A stretch of DNA of 64,000 bases from Limnothrix sp. BL-A-16 (GTDB taxonomy: Bacteria > Cyanobacteriota > Cyanobacteriia > CACIAM-69d): positions 2,592,001 through 2,656,000 of the forward strand of contig CP166615.1 of NCBI GenBank assembly GCA_041937175.2, written 5' to 3'. Numbering within the stretch: position 1 is the stretch's first letter; every line of letters starts with the position of its first letter. Below the pieces are notes generated by a model. The model was not told the origin of the DNA, made no database searches, and saw only the letters and a list, made by a program, of their open reading frames with translations. This document shows, piece by piece, positions 29,443 to 41,444 of this stretch. The position numbers were made by a program, and so were the translations under genes.

Positions 29443-30039
29443 TTGCGTGATGTGTTAATCAGCTTTGGGGTGATGTTGGTTTGCCTAGTGGCCGTGTTGA
29501 TGGTCACCTTCACGGGCAAAGCCCCCACCGCCGAAGCAAACCCCCTATCCAGTCAACCGGCGGCCGAAGCCACTGCCAACGGTTCCAAACTGGCAGCCCG
29601 TCTCATTAGCGACGCGGCCGCTCAACTGCGATCGCCTGAGATTGCCACCTTGCCCACCGATACCCAGGAGACAACCCTCGTGGCCGACGCGAGCAACCTG
29701 ACCACCACCGATTCCGGCCTGCAATACGAAGACCTGACCGTGGGAACCGGCGCAGCCCCCACGCCCGGCCAGAACGTCACGGTTCACTACACCGGCACGC
29801 TCACGGACGGCAAAAAATTTGATAGCTCGCGCGATCGGGGTCAGCCCTTCAGCTTCCGCATTGGCGTGGGTCAAGTGATCAAGGGTTGGGACGAAGGTGT
29901 CCTGTCCATGCGGGTTGGTGGTCGCCGCAAGCTGGTGATTCCGCCGGACTTGGGCTACGGGGCCCGGGGAGCTGGTGGGGTGATTCCTCCCAACGCCACC
30001 CTGGTGTTTGATGTGGAATTGCTGCGCGTGGGGGGTTAA
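29443..30039 (+). CDS. FKBP-type peptidyl-prolyl isomerase
   Basis: [45 protein letters not shown] start inferred. Confidence 0.93.
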   Translation: MRDVLISFGVMLVCLVAVLMVTFTGKAPTAEANPLSSQPAAEATANGSKLAARLISDAAAQLRSPEIATLPTDTQETTLVADASNLTTTDSGLQYEDLTVGTGAAPTPGQNVTVHYTGTLTDGKKFDSSRDRGQPFSFRIGVGQVIKGWDEGVLSMRVGGRRKLVIPPDLGYGARGAGGVIPPNATLVFDVELLRVGG

Positions 30040-30305
30040 TCAACAGCTAGTTCCCGCTCAGCATCAGCACTGATGGTTTTTGGACTCTGGGAAAGCATCC
30101 AAGATCTTGGATAGGGGCGATCACTCCGGCGGGGCGATCGCCCCTTGTGCTGGCCACCGATCGCGGGGAGTCGCGAGCGCACCAGCACGATCAAGCAGAT
30201 CCCCCGGTCTGGATTCGGTATCCTGAATGAGGTTGATCAGTCCCTAGGTCAACCGACAATCAAGCGCCGCACCCACTGACGGTGCAAGCGGAATCAGCCA
30301 CGCCC

Positions 30306-31025
30306 ATGTCAACGCAACCCCCAAAGTCCAAGCGGTTGAGAAACGGGCAACCACTGCGCCCCTTTTCCCGCGCCTCAGCATCCGCCACGGCTCCCCAGGG
30401 TAACCAGGGCGGGCGGTGGCATTGGCAACATTGGCTCCCTTCCCTGACGGCAACCCTGCGGCAAGCACCCGTTTGGACTTGGCAACGGCGACATTGGTGG
30501 GGGTCGGGGTTGGTGGTGCTCCTGACCATGGGGGCCATGCGATCGCTCGTCATCGATTCTTATCTGGTGACCCTGCCAACCATGAGGCCCACCCTGCAAC
30601 CGGGCGATCGCCTGCTGATCGACAAAGCAAGCTACCAGTGGCGCAATCCCGATCGAGGCGAGTTAGTGGCCTTCATGCCGCCCGGCGCGCCGAATCAACC
30701 TCGGGGAGTGTTGGTCAATCGGGCCGTTGGTTTACCCGGCGATCGGGTTGAAATCCAAAGCGGCCAACTCTTGGTTAATCAGCGCCCGATCGCCCATGGC
30801 CAGTCCCTGGCGATCGAAATTGGGGATCTTGCCCCCGTGCGAGTTCCCGCCGCCACCTACTTTGTCATGAGCGATGGTTCCGCCTTGGGTCGTGCCCCAG
30901 CGCTAACCTTCACCTACGGTTACGTGCCGCGCCAAGCCCTAGTAGGGCGAGTTATGTGGCGATTTTTCCCCCTCGATCGCTGGGGGGCACCGACCACGGC
31001 CCCGCCTGATCCAGTCCCTCAGTAG
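30306..31025 (+). CDS. Signal peptidase I-like protein with degenerate active site
   Basis: TMRPTLQPGDRLLIDK, RGELVAF, NRAVGLPGDRVEI, VGRVMWRFFPLDRWG; catalytic Ser/Lys positions read Thr/Asn. Confidence 0.75.
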   Translation: MSTQPPKSKRLRNGQPLRPFSRASASATAPQGNQGGRWHWQHWLPSLTATLRQAPVWTWQRRHWWGSGLVVLLTMGAMRSLVIDSYLVTLPTMRPTLQPGDRLLIDKASYQWRNPDRGELVAFMPPGAPNQPRGVLVNRAVGLPGDRVEIQSGQLLVNQRPIAHGQSLAIEIGDLAPVRVPAATYFVMSDGSALGRAPALTFTYGYVPRQALVGRVMWRFFPLDRWGAPTTAPPDPVPQ

Positions 31026-31344
31026 TCAACGGCGATCATTACGCGGTTTTGCGGTATATCTTCTCAACAACAGACCAGCCGGAATTTTCACCGCTGTAAT
31101 AGCCTGTAATAGGAGTTGAGAGTTTCCAGTTTCTGGCTAACGGCGCACGGATTGATTCCAAGTTTCCAAGCAGAATAGTCAATCATGCCGACGCGCCTGC
31201 ATTCCCCAAGTCCCAATCTTGGATCCTGAACCCCGATCGCGCTTCTCCTGGTTTGCATTTCCCGGGCTTGGCCCAAGGTGCTCAGCGCCCAGCGTTTCAA
31301 GAAGCGCCCTCGTCTACTGCTTTAGTGCATTTAGGATTTTTCTC

Positions 31345-32037
31345 GTGACCGATCAACCCGCTTCCTCGCATAAAGAGCCATCCACCAATCCCCCCACCGA
31401 CAGCGCTTGGGTTGAAGTCCTCAAAACCATTGGTCTCAGCATTGTCCTGGCCCTAGGGATTCGTACCTACGTGGCCGAAGCTCGCTGGATTCCCTCTGAA
31501 TCAATGGTGCCGACGCTGCTGGTGAAGGATCGGTTGATTGTCGAAAAACTGCAATACCGATTTGGCGGCAGCCCCAAGCGCGGCGACATCATCGTCTTCA
31601 TGCCGACCGCCGAACTGCGCCGCCACAACCTCAAAGATGCTTTTATTAAGCGTGTGATTGGTCTGCCGGGTGAACTGGTGGAGTTGCGAGATGGCCAGGT
31701 TTACATCAACGGCCAGCGCCTGAACGAACCCTACATTGCCCGCGAGTCCGTCTTAGCAACCGGTCGCCCCAGTCCTGCGAGTGGCTCAGGGGAGCGCCCG
31801 GCCAGCCGTAGCGCGGATGGCAATGCGGTGCAGCGCACGGATACTAATGTTTGCGTAGGGGATCCGCAACCTTTTCTGGCCCGGCCGGTGCGGGTGCCGC
31901 CCAAGTCTTATCTCGTGCTCGGAGACAATCGCAACCGCAGTTACGACAGCCGTTGCTGGGGAGTCGTTCCGCAAGATTTGATTGTTGGTCACGCAGTTTG
32001 GCGGTTTTGGCCACTCGATCGCATGGGTAATCTCTAG
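31345..32037 (+). CDS. lepB: Signal peptidase I
   Basis: [35 protein letters not shown] start inferred. Confidence 0.92.
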   Translation: MTDQPASSHKEPSTNPPTDSAWVEVLKTIGLSIVLALGIRTYVAEARWIPSESMVPTLLVKDRLIVEKLQYRFGGSPKRGDIIVFMPTAELRRHNLKDAFIKRVIGLPGELVELRDGQVYINGQRLNEPYIARESVLATGRPSPASGSGERPASRSADGNAVQRTDTNVCVGDPQPFLARPVRVPPKSYLVLGDNRNRSYDSRCWGVVPQDLIVGHAVWRFWPLDRMGNL

Positions 32038-32133
32038 CCAAACACTGAGCCTAGAACAAGAGGGCCCAGAAAAAACAGAGCCTAGAACAGGCTAGAACTG
32101 GAACATAAAAAGCTGGCCAAAAAGCTAGCAAAT

Positions 32134-32172
32134 AAAAAGGAGAGTCGCTGGTTCAGCAACTGCTCCTTTTTT
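32134..32172. terminator. Probable bidirectional intrinsic terminator between lepB and rpmE
   Basis: AAAAAGGAGAGTCGCTG-GTT-CAGCAACTGCTCCTTTTTT hairpin with A and T tails. Confidence 0.65.
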
Positions 32173-32249
32173 CTGTTTCTTCTGGTTGAAGAATTTTGAG
32201 TTTGCCAATTTTAGTTGGCCAATTCGTTGGCTAACCAAACCAAGGAACC

Positions 32250-32474
32250 CTAGTCCTTTTTGGTTTCGGTTGCCATCCCATACTTGCGCAGGAATCGCTC
32301 CACACGACCTTCGGTGTCAATAATCCGCTGGGTACCGGTGAAGAACGGGTGATTGCCAGCCCAAATGTCCACATGCAATTCCGGTTGGGTCGAACCAACC
32401 GTCATCACCAATTCGCCGTTGCAATAGACCTTTGCATCGGGATACCACTCGGGGTGAATGCCTTCTTTTGCCAT
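32250..32474 (-). CDS. rpmE: 50S ribosomal protein L31
   Basis: MAKEGIHPEWY...DIWAGNHPFFTG...DTEGRVERF. Confidence 0.95.
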   Translation of the reverse strand: MAKEGIHPEWYPDAKVYCNGELVMTVGSTQPELHVDIWAGNHPFFTGTQRIIDTEGRVERFLRKYGMATETKKD

Positions 32475-32674
32475 GATGCGAACCTCAACCAAAGTTTAGG
32501 AAATTTAAGGGCGATCGAACCGCATTCAAGTACATGGGTTCGATCGAGGGGATTTGCACAAAAGAGCTGGCGATCGCGACTTCCAAACGGGGTCTTTTGA
32601 TCACCAGCCCCAGCCTGTCCATTCGTTGGGGAAAGCCACCGGAGCCTCCCCAACGAAAGTCGGCGCTTGGAAAA

Positions 32675-33088
32675 TTAGCGCTTCGAGAACTGAGGAGCCT
32701 TCCGGGCTTTCTTCAAACCGTACTTGCGACGTTCCTTGGCGCGGGGGTCGCGGGTCAGGTAGCCTTCAACCTTCAGGGGCTTCCGGTTTTCAGGGTCAAG
32801 CTGAATCAAAGCCCGAGCCACACCCAAGCGGATCGAGTCAGCCTGGCCGGTCAAACCACCGCCCACCACGCTCACCAGCACATCGTAGTCCCCTTCCAAG
32901 CCGAGGGTTTCCAGAGGTGCTTTGGCCGCAGCCAGATAAACCGGGTTGTATTGCAGGTAGTTATCGCCAGGACGACCGTTAATGGTCAGTTGGCCGGAGC
33001 CAGGCACCAGGCGCACGCGGGCGACCGAGGTTTTACGGCGGCCCGTGCCGCGATACATCACGCGCCCGTTGTTATCCGTTGCTTGCAT
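32675..33088 (-). CDS. rpsI: 30S ribosomal protein S9
   Basis: [12 protein letters not shown]...[20 protein letters not shown]. Confidence 0.97.
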   Translation of the reverse strand: MQATDNNGRVMYRGTGRRKTSVARVRLVPGSGQLTINGRPGDNYLQYNPVYLAAAKAPLETLGLEGDYDVLVSVVGGGLTGQADSIRLGVARALIQLDPENRKPLKVEGYLTRDPRAKERRKYGLKKARKAPQFSKR

Positions 33089-33552
33089 TAGCCTTCACCT
33101 CCAGGAATGGTGTTGATCGTCAGGACTTGGGGTTGTTGTGCCGTGTGGGGATGGTCTACGCCGGCATAAACCTTCAGCTTGCGGAACAGTTGCCGACCGA
33201 GAGCATTTTTAGGCAGCATCCCTTTAACGGCATGTTCCACAATCCGCTCGGGCAGACGATTTTGCAGCTTTTCAAAGCTCTCCGTCTTCATCCCACCGGG
33301 ACGGCCAGAGTGACGACGGTAGACCTTTTGAGTCCGTTTTTTACCGGTCACTTCCACTTTGTCGGCGTTGACGATCACCACAAAGTCACCGGTATCCAGG
33401 TGGGGCGTGTAGGTGGGCTTGTTTTTGCCCCGCAGGACGGAAGCCACTTCGGTGGCCAGGCGGCCAAGGCGTTGACCAGCGGCATCAACGACGTACCATT
33501 GCCGGTCAACATCGTTTACGGAGGGCAGGGCAGTCTTGGTGGGAATGGACAT
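33088..33552 (-). CDS. rplM: 50S ribosomal protein L13
   Basis: WYVVDA..QRLGRLA...[15 protein letters not shown]. Confidence 0.97.
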   Translation of the reverse strand: MSIPTKTALPSVNDVDRQWYVVDAAGQRLGRLATEVASVLRGKNKPTYTPHLDTGDFVVIVNADKVEVTGKKRTQKVYRRHSGRPGGMKTESFEKLQNRLPERIVEHAVKGMLPKNALGRQLFRKLKVYAGVDHPHTAQQPQVLTINTIPGGEG

Positions 33553-33634
33553 AGGGGTTGGTTGGGTTGCGAAAGTCGCTGAATCGGGGAAGTTATAACT
33601 AGGGCGATCGCGTAGTGCGTTAAGCCTAGAATCT

Positions 33635-34486
33635 TTATGTAACGGAAGGGCTGGAGGTTGCCGGGCCGTCCTGGGTCAGGTCAAACCAAGGCAGGGTGTT
33701 GGTGCGAGCAATCTCTGGCAGGGGCGAGTTGGGGTAGCCAATGCGCAGTAGGCACAATCCCATGGGTGGCGCGGCATATTTCACCAGGTCTCGGCGTTCA
33801 CTCTGCCAAATTTGGGTGAACTCTTCGACACTGAGGCGATCGCGCCCCACCAACACCAACATCCCCGCCAGCAGCCGCATCATGCCGTACAAAAAGCCAC
33901 TGGCTTGAACTTCAAGTTCCACAATCGGCCCGCGCCGCCGACACCAGGCTTCTTGAACATCCACCCAAGAATGGGGACGTTTTGATCCGGCACGGTGGAA
34001 GGCTGCCAAGTGATGCCGACCCACGAGGGGGGCGATCGCCGCCTGCATCTTTTCCACTTGAATTGGCTCGTAATAGTGCCAACTGAAGGGTTTCAGGTAC
34101 AGATTCGGCTGTGGATCGGTGTAGAGAACATAGCGGTAACGCCGCCACGAGGCCGAGAACCGAGCGTGCCAGTTCCCCGGAACCGCACAGGAGGCCAGAA
34201 TCAGAATATCATCTGGCAACCTTGTGTTGAGGACTTTCGCCCAACGGTGAGGGGGAATCGGGCTGGCCACATCAAAGTGGGCCACTTGGGCGGAGGCATG
34301 AACTCCGGTGTCGGTGCGTCCAGCACCATGGATGACCACGGGATGCCCCAGAATCTCGGCGATCGTGTCTTCGATCGTGGCTTGAACGCTGCGATCGCGG
34401 ATCTGCCGCTGCCAACCACAGAACCCTGCTCCCAGGTACTGAATCACCAAAGCAATGCGCTGCTGATCGGCGGGACAGTCGGCCAT
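33635..34486 (-). CDS. truA: tRNA pseudouridine(38-40) synthase TruA
   Basis: [30 protein letters not shown]. Confidence 0.95.
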   Translation of the reverse strand: MADCPADQQRIALVIQYLGAGFCGWQRQIRDRSVQATIEDTIAEILGHPVVIHGAGRTDTGVHASAQVAHFDVASPIPPHRWAKVLNTRLPDDILILASCAVPGNWHARFSASWRRYRYVLYTDPQPNLYLKPFSWHYYEPIQVEKMQAAIAPLVGRHHLAAFHRAGSKRPHSWVDVQEAWCRRRGPIVELEVQASGFLYGMMRLLAGMLVLVGRDRLSVEEFTQIWQSERRDLVKYAAPPMGLCLLRIGYPNSPLPEIARTNTLPWFDLTQDGPATSSPSVT

Positions 34487-34521
34487 GGTTGTTGCTCTAC
34501 ACCCCAGCGATTGGTCTCGGC

Positions 34522-34872
34522 CTAGACCAATTCCAAGATGGCCATTTCGGCATTGTCACCGCGCCGAGGCACGGTGCGCAAAATGCGGGTATAGCCACCA
34601 TTGCGCTGACCGTAGCGCTGGGGAGCCTGCTCAAACAGGGCATGAACCAAGTCAGCATCATACAGATAGCCCAAAGCCCGACGACGGGAAGCCAAGGAAC
34701 CATCCTTGGCCAAGGTAATCATGCGATCAACCTCGGCGCGAACGGCCCGGGCCCGGGCTTTGGTGGTGGTGATTTGACCATTGCGGATGGTTTCCGTGGC
34801 CAGGGCCCGCAGCAGGGCGCGACGCTGGTCAGCGGGCTTACCAAGTTTAGGAACGCGACGACCGTGACGCAT
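34522..34872 (-). CDS. rplQ: 50S ribosomal protein L17
   Basis: [22 protein letters not shown]...RRGDNAEMA. Confidence 0.97.
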   Translation of the reverse strand: MRHGRRVPKLGKPADQRRALLRALATETIRNGQITTTKARARAVRAEVDRMITLAKDGSLASRRRALGYLYDADLVHALFEQAPQRYGQRNGGYTRILRTVPRRGDNAEMAILELV

Positions 34873-34953
34873 AGCTCCGATCTCTACTCAACTGATTAGT
34901 AACTAGGGGGGTCGGATCTAGAACGAGCTAGAGCCGGGGGTGAATGGTGGCCG

Positions 34954-35898
34954 TTAGGCTTTGGCCACTTTCTCTTGCGGCAGGGTGATGCCCAAACGCC
35001 GCTGCAACGCTTCGATCACTTCTTCAGCCGACTTGGCTCCGAAGTTCTTGATCTCCAGCAAATCTTCTTGGGTGAATTCCAGAAGATCGGCCACGGTGTT
35101 GATTTGCGCCCGCTTCAGGCAGTTGTAGGCGCGCACCGACAGTTGCAATTCCTCGATCGGGATTTGGCTGCTGGGGTCTTGGGATTCTGGGCGATCGCTC
35201 TTGGTGGCTTCGATGGTGAAGTCCTTAAGCGGGTTGAACAGATCCACCAGCAGCGTGGCAGCCTGACTGAGTGCCTGTTGGGGGGTGATGCTGCCGTTCG
35301 TCCAAATTTCCAGAACCAGGCGATCCTTCTCCAGCGATTCGCCCACCCGGGCATCCTCAACGGTGTAGTTCACCTTGCGGACGGGCATAAACATCGAGTC
35401 GATCTGCAAAAAGTCGATCGCCGATGCATCATCACGACCCCGATCGATCGCCCGATAGCCCACTCCACGTTCCACTCGGAACTCCATTTCCAACGTGGCC
35501 CCTTCGGCCAAGGTGGCAATGTACTGGGTTGGGTCAACCACTTCCACTTCTGAAGGCAAATCGAACAGGTCTGCCGTGACCACCCGCGGCCCCTTAGCCA
35601 ACAGGCGACCAATTTGCGGCTGATCCGTGTGGCTGCGCAGCACCAATTCCTTCATGTTCAGCAGGATGTCCAACACATCCTCCCGCACACCGGGAACCGT
35701 CGCGAACTCGTGGTTCACGCCCGCAATCCGGACGGCCGTCACTGCGGAACCCACGAGGTTCGACAGCAGTACCCGACGCAAAGCGTTCCCCACCGTTGTG
35801 CCCTGCCCGCGTTCGAGGGGGGACAGCACCAAACGGCTGTAGAGATTGCGATTGCTTTCCGTGCTCGATTCAACACACTCGATCTGAAATTGCGACAC
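34954..35898 (-). CDS. rpoA: RNA polymerase subunit alpha
   Basis: PLERGQGTTVGNALRRVLLS, HEF, IEELQLSVRAYNCLKRA, KNFGAKS. Confidence 0.97.
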   Translation of the reverse strand: MSQFQIECVESSTESNRNLYSRLVLSPLERGQGTTVGNALRRVLLSNLVGSAVTAVRIAGVNHEFATVPGVREDVLDILLNMKELVLRSHTDQPQIGRLLAKGPRVVTADLFDLPSEVEVVDPTQYIATLAEGATLEMEFRVERGVGYRAIDRGRDDASAIDFLQIDSMFMPVRKVNYTVEDARVGESLEKDRLVLEIWTNGSITPQQALSQAATLLVDLFNPLKDFTIEATKSDRPESQDPSSQIPIEELQLSVRAYNCLKRAQINTVADLLEFTQEDLLEIKNFGAKSAEEVIEALQRRLGITLPQEKVAKA

Positions 35899-36049
35899 GC
35901 TTTGTGCCTCCCAACCGGCCTAGTCGATCCATATGCGGCAGTGAAGCCGCCCCGTAACAGAAAAAAATTCGCGGTGACCAAGGGTTACCGCTGGCTTGCA
36001 GGATGCGATCGCAGCGCCCGTGAGTTGGCGCGGGTCGATCGCAAGGGGA

Positions 36050-36445
36050 TTAGACCCGACGACGCTTCGGCGGCCGGCAACCATTGTGCGGAATCGGCGT
36101 AACATCGCGAATCAGCGTGATTTCCAGACCCGACGCTTGCAGGGCCCGAATGGCCGTTTCCCGACCCGAACCGGGGCCGCTCACCATCACTTCCACCTGA
36201 CGCATCCCCTGCTCAGAGGCGCGACGGGCAGCAGCTTCGGCAGCAGTTTGGGCGGCGAAGGGCGTACCCTTCTTGGCTCCTTTGAAGCCGCTAGAACCAG
36301 CCGAGGCCCAGGAGATTGCATCACCCTTGAGGTCGGTGATCGTCACGATCGTGTTGTTGAAGGTCGATTGAATGTGAGCGACACCACTGGGGACGTTGCG
36401 CTTTTGCTTACGCGGGCCAGAGCGCTTGTTGGGTTGCTTTGCCAT
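36050..36445 (-). CDS. rpsK: 30S ribosomal protein S11
   Basis: [31 protein letters not shown]. Confidence 0.97.
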   Translation of the reverse strand: MAKQPNKRSGPRKQKRNVPSGVAHIQSTFNNTIVTITDLKGDAISWASAGSSGFKGAKKGTPFAAQTAAEAAARRASEQGMRQVEVMVSGPGSGRETAIRALQASGLEITLIRDVTPIPHNGCRPPKRRRV

Positions 36446-36496
36446 AGCTGTTGAACAGAACTAAAACGTTCGTAGAAAGGGGACAGAACCAGTCGA

Positions 36497-36874
36497 TTAC
36501 TTGCGGGGAGCCTTCTTCTTCCCAGCCACCGTGCGACGACCACCACGGCGAGTCCGGGCATTGGTGCGCGTCCGTTGACCCCGCACCGGCAAGCCTGCCC
36601 GGTGACGACGACCCCGATAGCAACCGATGTCCATCAGGCGCTTGATGTTCATGGCCTCAAAGCGGCGCAGATCACCTTCCACCTGGTAATTATCCAGCTC
36701 GGCCCGCAGAGCCGAGATATCTGCATCGCCGAGGTCTTTGACGCGCGTATCCGGATTCACACCCGTTGCGGCCAAAATCTTCTTCGACAGGGTTAGACCA
36801 ATGCCGTAAATATAGGTCAACCCAATTTCAATGCGCTTATCGCGCGGTAAATCTACACCGGAAATACGTGCCAC
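36497..36874 (-). CDS. rpsM: 30S ribosomal protein S13
   Basis: [31 protein letters not shown]. Confidence 0.97.
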   Translation of the reverse strand: MARISGVDLPRDKRIEIGLTYIYGIGLTLSKKILAATGVNPDTRVKDLGDADISALRAELDNYQVEGDLRRFEAMNIKRLMDIGCYRGRRHRAGLPVRGQRTRTNARTRRGGRRTVAGKKKAPRK

Positions 36875-36950
36875 GTTGGTTCTCCCTAACGTTTTAATGC
36901 TCTGTCTTTAGATGGGTGCCAGGCAAACACAACCACCCTAACGCTGTCTT

Positions 36951-37064
36951 TTACCCTTGGCGTTGTTTGTGTTTGGGGTTTTGGCAAATGACCATGACGC
37001 GACCGCGACGACGAATCACGCGGCACTTTTCGCACATTTTGCGGACGGAGGCTCGGACTTTCAT
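36951..37064 (-). CDS. rpmJ: 50S ribosomal protein L36
   Basis: Not in ORF track; read manually as [37 protein letters not shown]. Confidence 0.95.
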   Translation of the reverse strand: MKVRASVRKMCEKCRVIRRRGRVMVICQNPKHKQRQG

Positions 37065-37171
37065 GATGGTTAAAATCTCCAAACTTGGAATTTTAGAGAA
37101 AAATGAGTACCGGATCAACCTATCGGGGCAAGTCTCTGGCTAGACCAGCGATCGGGTGGTTATTTTGGGGG

Positions 37172-37408
37172 TTATTTTTTGCCACCCGTGTTCTTTAAAC
37201 GGTAGGTGATGCGCCCTTTGGTCAGGTCGTAGGGGGTCAGCTCAACCTTGACGCGATCGCCCGGCAGAATCTTGATGTAGTTACGGCGAATCTTGCCAGA
37301 AATATGTGCTAGGACGTTGAAACCGTTATCGAGATCCACCCGGAACATTGCGTTCGGGAGTGATTCGGTTACGGTTCCCTCCATTTCGATCAGATCTTGC
37401 TTGGACAA
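37172..37408 (-). CDS. infA: Translation initiation factor IF-1
   Basis: [18 protein letters not shown]...[22 protein letters not shown] start. Confidence 0.96.
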   Translation of the reverse strand: MSKQDLIEMEGTVTESLPNAMFRVDLDNGFNVLAHISGKIRRNYIKILPGDRVKVELTPYDLTKGRITYRLKNTGGKK

Positions 37409-37548
37409 GGATCAGCTCTCCTGTATGAACGTCGAGTTGGTTGACAATCAGTGAACTTGCTGTTAAGCGCTATCTCACTGCCAAACTAGCACAATGGGCG
37501 ATCGGGTCTGGGGTTCTGGTTCAGTTCACGGTTTCAGTTAATCGTGAA

Positions 37549-38127
37549 CTAGGCTGCTGGGGCGATCGCCTGTTTCAGGTCACGCGTCACATCGCTGAGG
37601 GACTGATCGCCATTCACCTCCGCCAATAGGTTTGCCTGCTGGGCCCTGTAGAACTTCAGCAGCGGCTCCGTCGTTTGGTGAAAAATCGCCAGACGATGCT
37701 CAATAGTCGCCAAATTGTCATCCGAGCGACCTTCCGCCGTGCCTCGACTCAGGAGGCGGGCCTTGAGTACATCATCGGCCACCACCAAATTCAGCACTCG
37801 ATCGCAAGCCTGACCCGTTGCCGCCAGCATGTCATTGAGTTTTTCGGCCTGGGCCACATTGCGCGGGAAGCCGTCCAGGATCCAGCCCTGTTGAGCATCA
37901 GGTTCCGCGAGTCGGTCTTTGATGATCCCAATGATCAATTCATCAGGCACCAATTCACCGCGATCCATAAAGGACTTCGCCGCCTGTCCCAAGGAAGTGC
38001 CCTGGGCAACCGCCGCCCGCAAGATATCACCCGTGGAAATATGGGGAATGCCATATTCATCAGACAAAATCTTGGCCTGTGTCCCCTTGCCTGCACCCGG
38101 TGGGCCGAAAAAAATCAATCGCGTCAC
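37549..38127 (-). CDS. adk: Adenylate kinase
   Basis: GPPGAGKGTQA, HISTGDILR, ILDGFPR. Confidence 0.95.
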   Translation of the reverse strand: MTRLIFFGPPGAGKGTQAKILSDEYGIPHISTGDILRAAVAQGTSLGQAAKSFMDRGELVPDELIIGIIKDRLAEPDAQQGWILDGFPRNVAQAEKLNDMLAATGQACDRVLNLVVADDVLKARLLSRGTAEGRSDDNLATIEHRLAIFHQTTEPLLKFYRAQQANLLAEVNGDQSLSDVTRDLKQAIAPAA

Positions 38128-39446
38128 TGCTTCACCATTCCTTCGTAGCGCTGTGAAATTACGTAGGTTTGGATTTGCTTCGCCGTTTCGATCGCGACCC
38201 CAACCAAAATCAGAAACGACGTTGCTCCCAACCCTTGGAACGTCCGCACATTGGTGGCACTTTCCACGGCCGTGGGCACAATGGCCACCAAGCCCAGGAA
38301 AATTGCCCCCAAGAAGGTCAGCCGATTCAAAATCTGCTGCACCCGCTTGCTCGTGGCTTGGCCTGGACGCACCCCGGGAATACTCGCTCCCATCTTCTTC
38401 AGGTTCTGAGCCATATCCACCGGGTTCACCACCAGCGACGAATAGAAATAGCTAAAGAACAGAATCAGTGCCAGGTAAACCAACACATACAGCCAGGGCG
38501 TGGGGCCCGTCGGACTCAGATAGGTAGCCACCCGAGCTAAGGCCTCATTGTTGGTGAATTGGGCCAGCGAAGCCGGAACTACCAACACCGCCGTCGAGAA
38601 GATGATGGGCATCACCCCCCCTTGGTTGAGGCGCAAGGGCAAGTAGCTGCTGCGCTCCTGATACTGGCGGCGACCCACCTGGCGGCGGGCCATCACGATC
38701 GGGATGCGGCGGGCCCCTTCCTGAACAAACACAATGCCGACAATGGTGGCCATAAATGCCAACATCAACAGCACAATGCCGCCAATGGTCGATCGATCAC
38801 CACTCTGAGCCAGCTCCAACGTTTGACCCACCGACTTCGGAAAGGTCGAAACAATGTTCACGAAAATCAGCAACGAGGCACCATTGCCAACGCCACGTTC
38901 CGTGATCAGTTCGCCAATCCACATCACAAACATCGAACCAGCCGTCAGGGCCAGCGCCGTCTTCACCACAAACAGGCCCGCTGGCTCCGTCGTGGCCCCC
39001 AACGCCGACACCCAGAGACCGATCCCCACACTTTGGATCACGGCCCAAGCAACGGACACATAGCGGGTGATTTGGGCAATCTTGCGACGGCCCGCCTCCC
39101 CTTCATTCTTCTGGAGGTCTTCCAGAGAAGGCAGCGCCGCCGTCAGCAATTGAATGATGATGGATGCGTTGATGTAGGGCAGAATTCCCAACGCAAAGAT
39201 CCCCAGCAGCGACAGACCGCCCCCGGAGAAGATATCTAAGAAGCCAACCAACCCACCTAGACCGCTGTTTTGGATCGCGTTGCCAAAGGCTGCACGATCA
39301 ATTCCCGGTACCGGCAAAAAGATCCCAAGGCGCACCAGCACTAGCAGGCCGACGGTCACCAGCAACCGCCCCCGCAGGCCAGCCGCCTGGGCCATTTGCA
39401 TGAAGGTTTCTTGGGCTGTTGGCGCTTTATCTCGACTGACGACCAT
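38124..39446 (-). CDS. secY: Preprotein translocase SecY
   Basis: FALGILPYINASII, GVGNGASLLIF, GGVMPIIF, IPGVRPG. Confidence 0.97.
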   Translation of the reverse strand: MVVSRDKAPTAQETFMQMAQAAGLRGRLLVTVGLLVLVRLGIFLPVPGIDRAAFGNAIQNSGLGGLVGFLDIFSGGGLSLLGIFALGILPYINASIIIQLLTAALPSLEDLQKNEGEAGRRKIAQITRYVSVAWAVIQSVGIGLWVSALGATTEPAGLFVVKTALALTAGSMFVMWIGELITERGVGNGASLLIFVNIVSTFPKSVGQTLELAQSGDRSTIGGIVLLMLAFMATIVGIVFVQEGARRIPIVMARRQVGRRQYQERSSYLPLRLNQGGVMPIIFSTAVLVVPASLAQFTNNEALARVATYLSPTGPTPWLYVLVYLALILFFSYFYSSLVVNPVDMAQNLKKMGASIPGVRPGQATSKRVQQILNRLTFLGAIFLGLVAIVPTAVESATNVRTFQGLGATSFLILVGVAIETAKQIQTYVISQRYEGMVKQ

Positions 39447-39497
39447 GGTTGGTACACCTCAGGCAAATTTCAGCAACCGGATTTCCCAACTTCAATC

Positions 39498-39941
39498 TTA
39501 GACAACCGTGCAAGTTCCGCCGGCTGCTTCGATCTTTTCCTTGGCGCTAGCCGTGAAGCGAGCGGCTTCCACCGTCAGCTTCACCGACAGGTCACCATCG
39601 CCCAGCAACTTCAGCGGGCCATCGTTGGTGGTGACAATTCCGGCTTCCATCAACGAGGCCAAGTTGACGGTCGAGCCGGCCGCCAGGCCAGCCAGACTGC
39701 CGACGTTGACCACGGTGTAGGCTTGGCGGTTGATCACCGTGAAGTGCTTCAGCTTCGGCACCCGGCGATAGAGGGGCATTTGACCCCCTTCAAAACCGGG
39801 GCGGGTGCTGCGACCGGAGCGCGACTTTTGACCGCGCATCCCGAAGCCACCGCTCGCGCCTTGACCGGCAGCAATGCCCCGACCGACGCGACGACCGCGC
39901 TTTTTGGAGCCTTTTTTAGGCTGTGCATCCGTGATTTTCAT
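39498..39941 (-). CDS. rplO: 50S ribosomal protein L15
   Basis: [23 protein letters not shown]. Confidence 0.97.
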   Translation of the reverse strand: MKITDAQPKKGSKKRGRRVGRGIAAGQGASGGFGMRGQKSRSGRSTRPGFEGGQMPLYRRVPKLKHFTVINRQAYTVVNVGSLAGLAAGSTVNLASLMEAGIVTTNDGPLKLLGDGDLSVKLTVEAARFTASAKEKIEAAGGTCTVV

Positions 39942-39968
39942 GGATTTGGTCTCCGTCGATGACCGGAA

Positions 39969-40493
39969 CTACTTGTACAGGTGCTCGAGGGTCACACCCC
40001 GGTCTTCGGCCACTTCTGCGAAAGTCCGCAGGGAAGACAGGGCATCCAAAGCAGCACGGGCGTTGTTCAAGGGGTTGTCGGAACCCAGTTGCTTGGCAAG
40101 GATGTTTTTCACCCCAGCCAATTCCAACACGGTGCGGACAGCACCCCCAGCGATTACCCCGGTACCGGGAGCAGCGGGGCGCATCATCACTTTGGAGCTA
40201 CCACCACCGACACCGTTGGTGGGGTGGGGAATCGTGTCGCCCTTGATCAGGGGCACATCAACCAGGTGCTTTTTGCCATCGGCTACGCCTTTTTTGACGG
40301 CTCCGATCACATCAGCGGCTTTGCCGACCCCAACGCCCACTTGACCGCGTTCGTTACCGATCACGACCACGGCGCGGAAGCTGAGCTTTTTACCGCCCTT
40401 GACCACCTTGGTGACGCGGCGGATTTGGACGACGCGCTCTTGCCATTCGGACTCTTTCTCGCGGGTGCGATTGCCTTTACGACGAGTTGCCAT
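39969..40493 (-). CDS. rpsE: 30S ribosomal protein S5
   Basis: [23 protein letters not shown]. Confidence 0.97.
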   Translation of the reverse strand: MATRRKGNRTREKESEWQERVVQIRRVTKVVKGGKKLSFRAVVVIGNERGQVGVGVGKAADVIGAVKKGVADGKKHLVDVPLIKGDTIPHPTNGVGGGSSKVMMRPAAPGTGVIAGGAVRTVLELAGVKNILAKQLGSDNPLNNARAALDALSSLRTFAEVAEDRGVTLEHLYK

Positions 40494-40516
40494 AGTGAAT
40501 ACTCCTGAGTTCTCGC

Positions 40517-40879
40517 CTAGAAGTTCAGTCCGGCTTCGCGCGCCGCGTCGGCCAAAGCCTTGACACGACCGTGGTAAAGATTACCGCCGCGATCGAACAC
40601 AACTTGGGTAACGCCCTTGGCTTGGGCACGTTCAGCCAGCAGCTTACCCACCGCTGCGGCTGCATCACAATCGCGGCTGCTTTCAAGCTGCGATTTGACA
40701 TCGGGTTCCAGGGTCGAGGCGGCCACCAACGTGTGATGTTGGGTGTCGTCGATCACCTGGGCATAAATGTGTTGGTGCGAGCGGAACACGCACAGGCGAG
40801 GCCGATCGGGCGTTCCCGAAACTTTGCGGCGCACCCGCCCGTGGCGACGGTGCACCATATCCTTGCGAGTGGCTTTCAT
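40517..40879 (-). CDS. rplR: 50S ribosomal protein L18
   Basis: [30 protein letters not shown]. Confidence 0.97.
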   Translation of the reverse strand: MKATRKDMVHRRHGRVRRKVSGTPDRPRLCVFRSHQHIYAQVIDDTQHHTLVAASTLEPDVKSQLESSRDCDAAAAVGKLLAERAQAKGVTQVVFDRGGNLYHGRVKALADAAREAGLNF

Positions 40880-41418
40880 TATTTCTTACCTGTCTTACCT
40901 GCCTTGCGGCGAACGACTTCACCTTGGTAGCGAATCCCTTTGCCCTTGTAGGGTTCCGGTTTGCGCACAGCACGGACACGGGCGGCGGTGTTACCCACCA
41001 ATTCCTTGTCAATGCCGCTGACAATCACGTTGGTGTTGTTTTCTACCGCAAACTGAATCCCGTCGGGGGCGGGAATATTCACCGGGTGGCTGTAGCCCAT
41101 GCTCAGGTTGAGCGTGGTGCCTTGGACAGCGGCCCGATAACCGACCCCTTGGATTTCCAGACGACGCTGGAAGCCTTGGGACACCCCTTCGACCATGTTG
41201 GCCAACAGGGTGCGGCAGAGACCATGGCGCTGACGAGCGGGACGCGATTCATCCCGGCGCGTCACGAACAGTTGATCGGCTTCTTGGGAGAAGAGAATTT
41301 CAGGGGGGAAGGTGCGGGTCAGCTCGCCTTTGGAGCCTTTGACCGAGACGGTTTGGCCGTCGATCGTCACCGTCACCCCTTTGGGAATAGGAATGGGACG
41401 CTTGCCAATGCGGGACAC
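40879..41418 (-). CDS. rplF: 50S ribosomal protein L6
   Basis: [25 protein letters not shown]. Confidence 0.97.
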   Translation of the reverse strand: MSRIGKRPIPIPKGVTVTIDGQTVSVKGSKGELTRTFPPEILFSQEADQLFVTRRDESRPARQRHGLCRTLLANMVEGVSQGFQRRLEIQGVGYRAAVQGTTLNLSMGYSHPVNIPAPDGIQFAVENNTNVIVSGIDKELVGNTAARVRAVRKPEPYKGKGIRYQGEVVRRKAGKTGKK

Positions 41419-41444
41419 GATTGAGAACTCCTTCGTCGTAGGGA

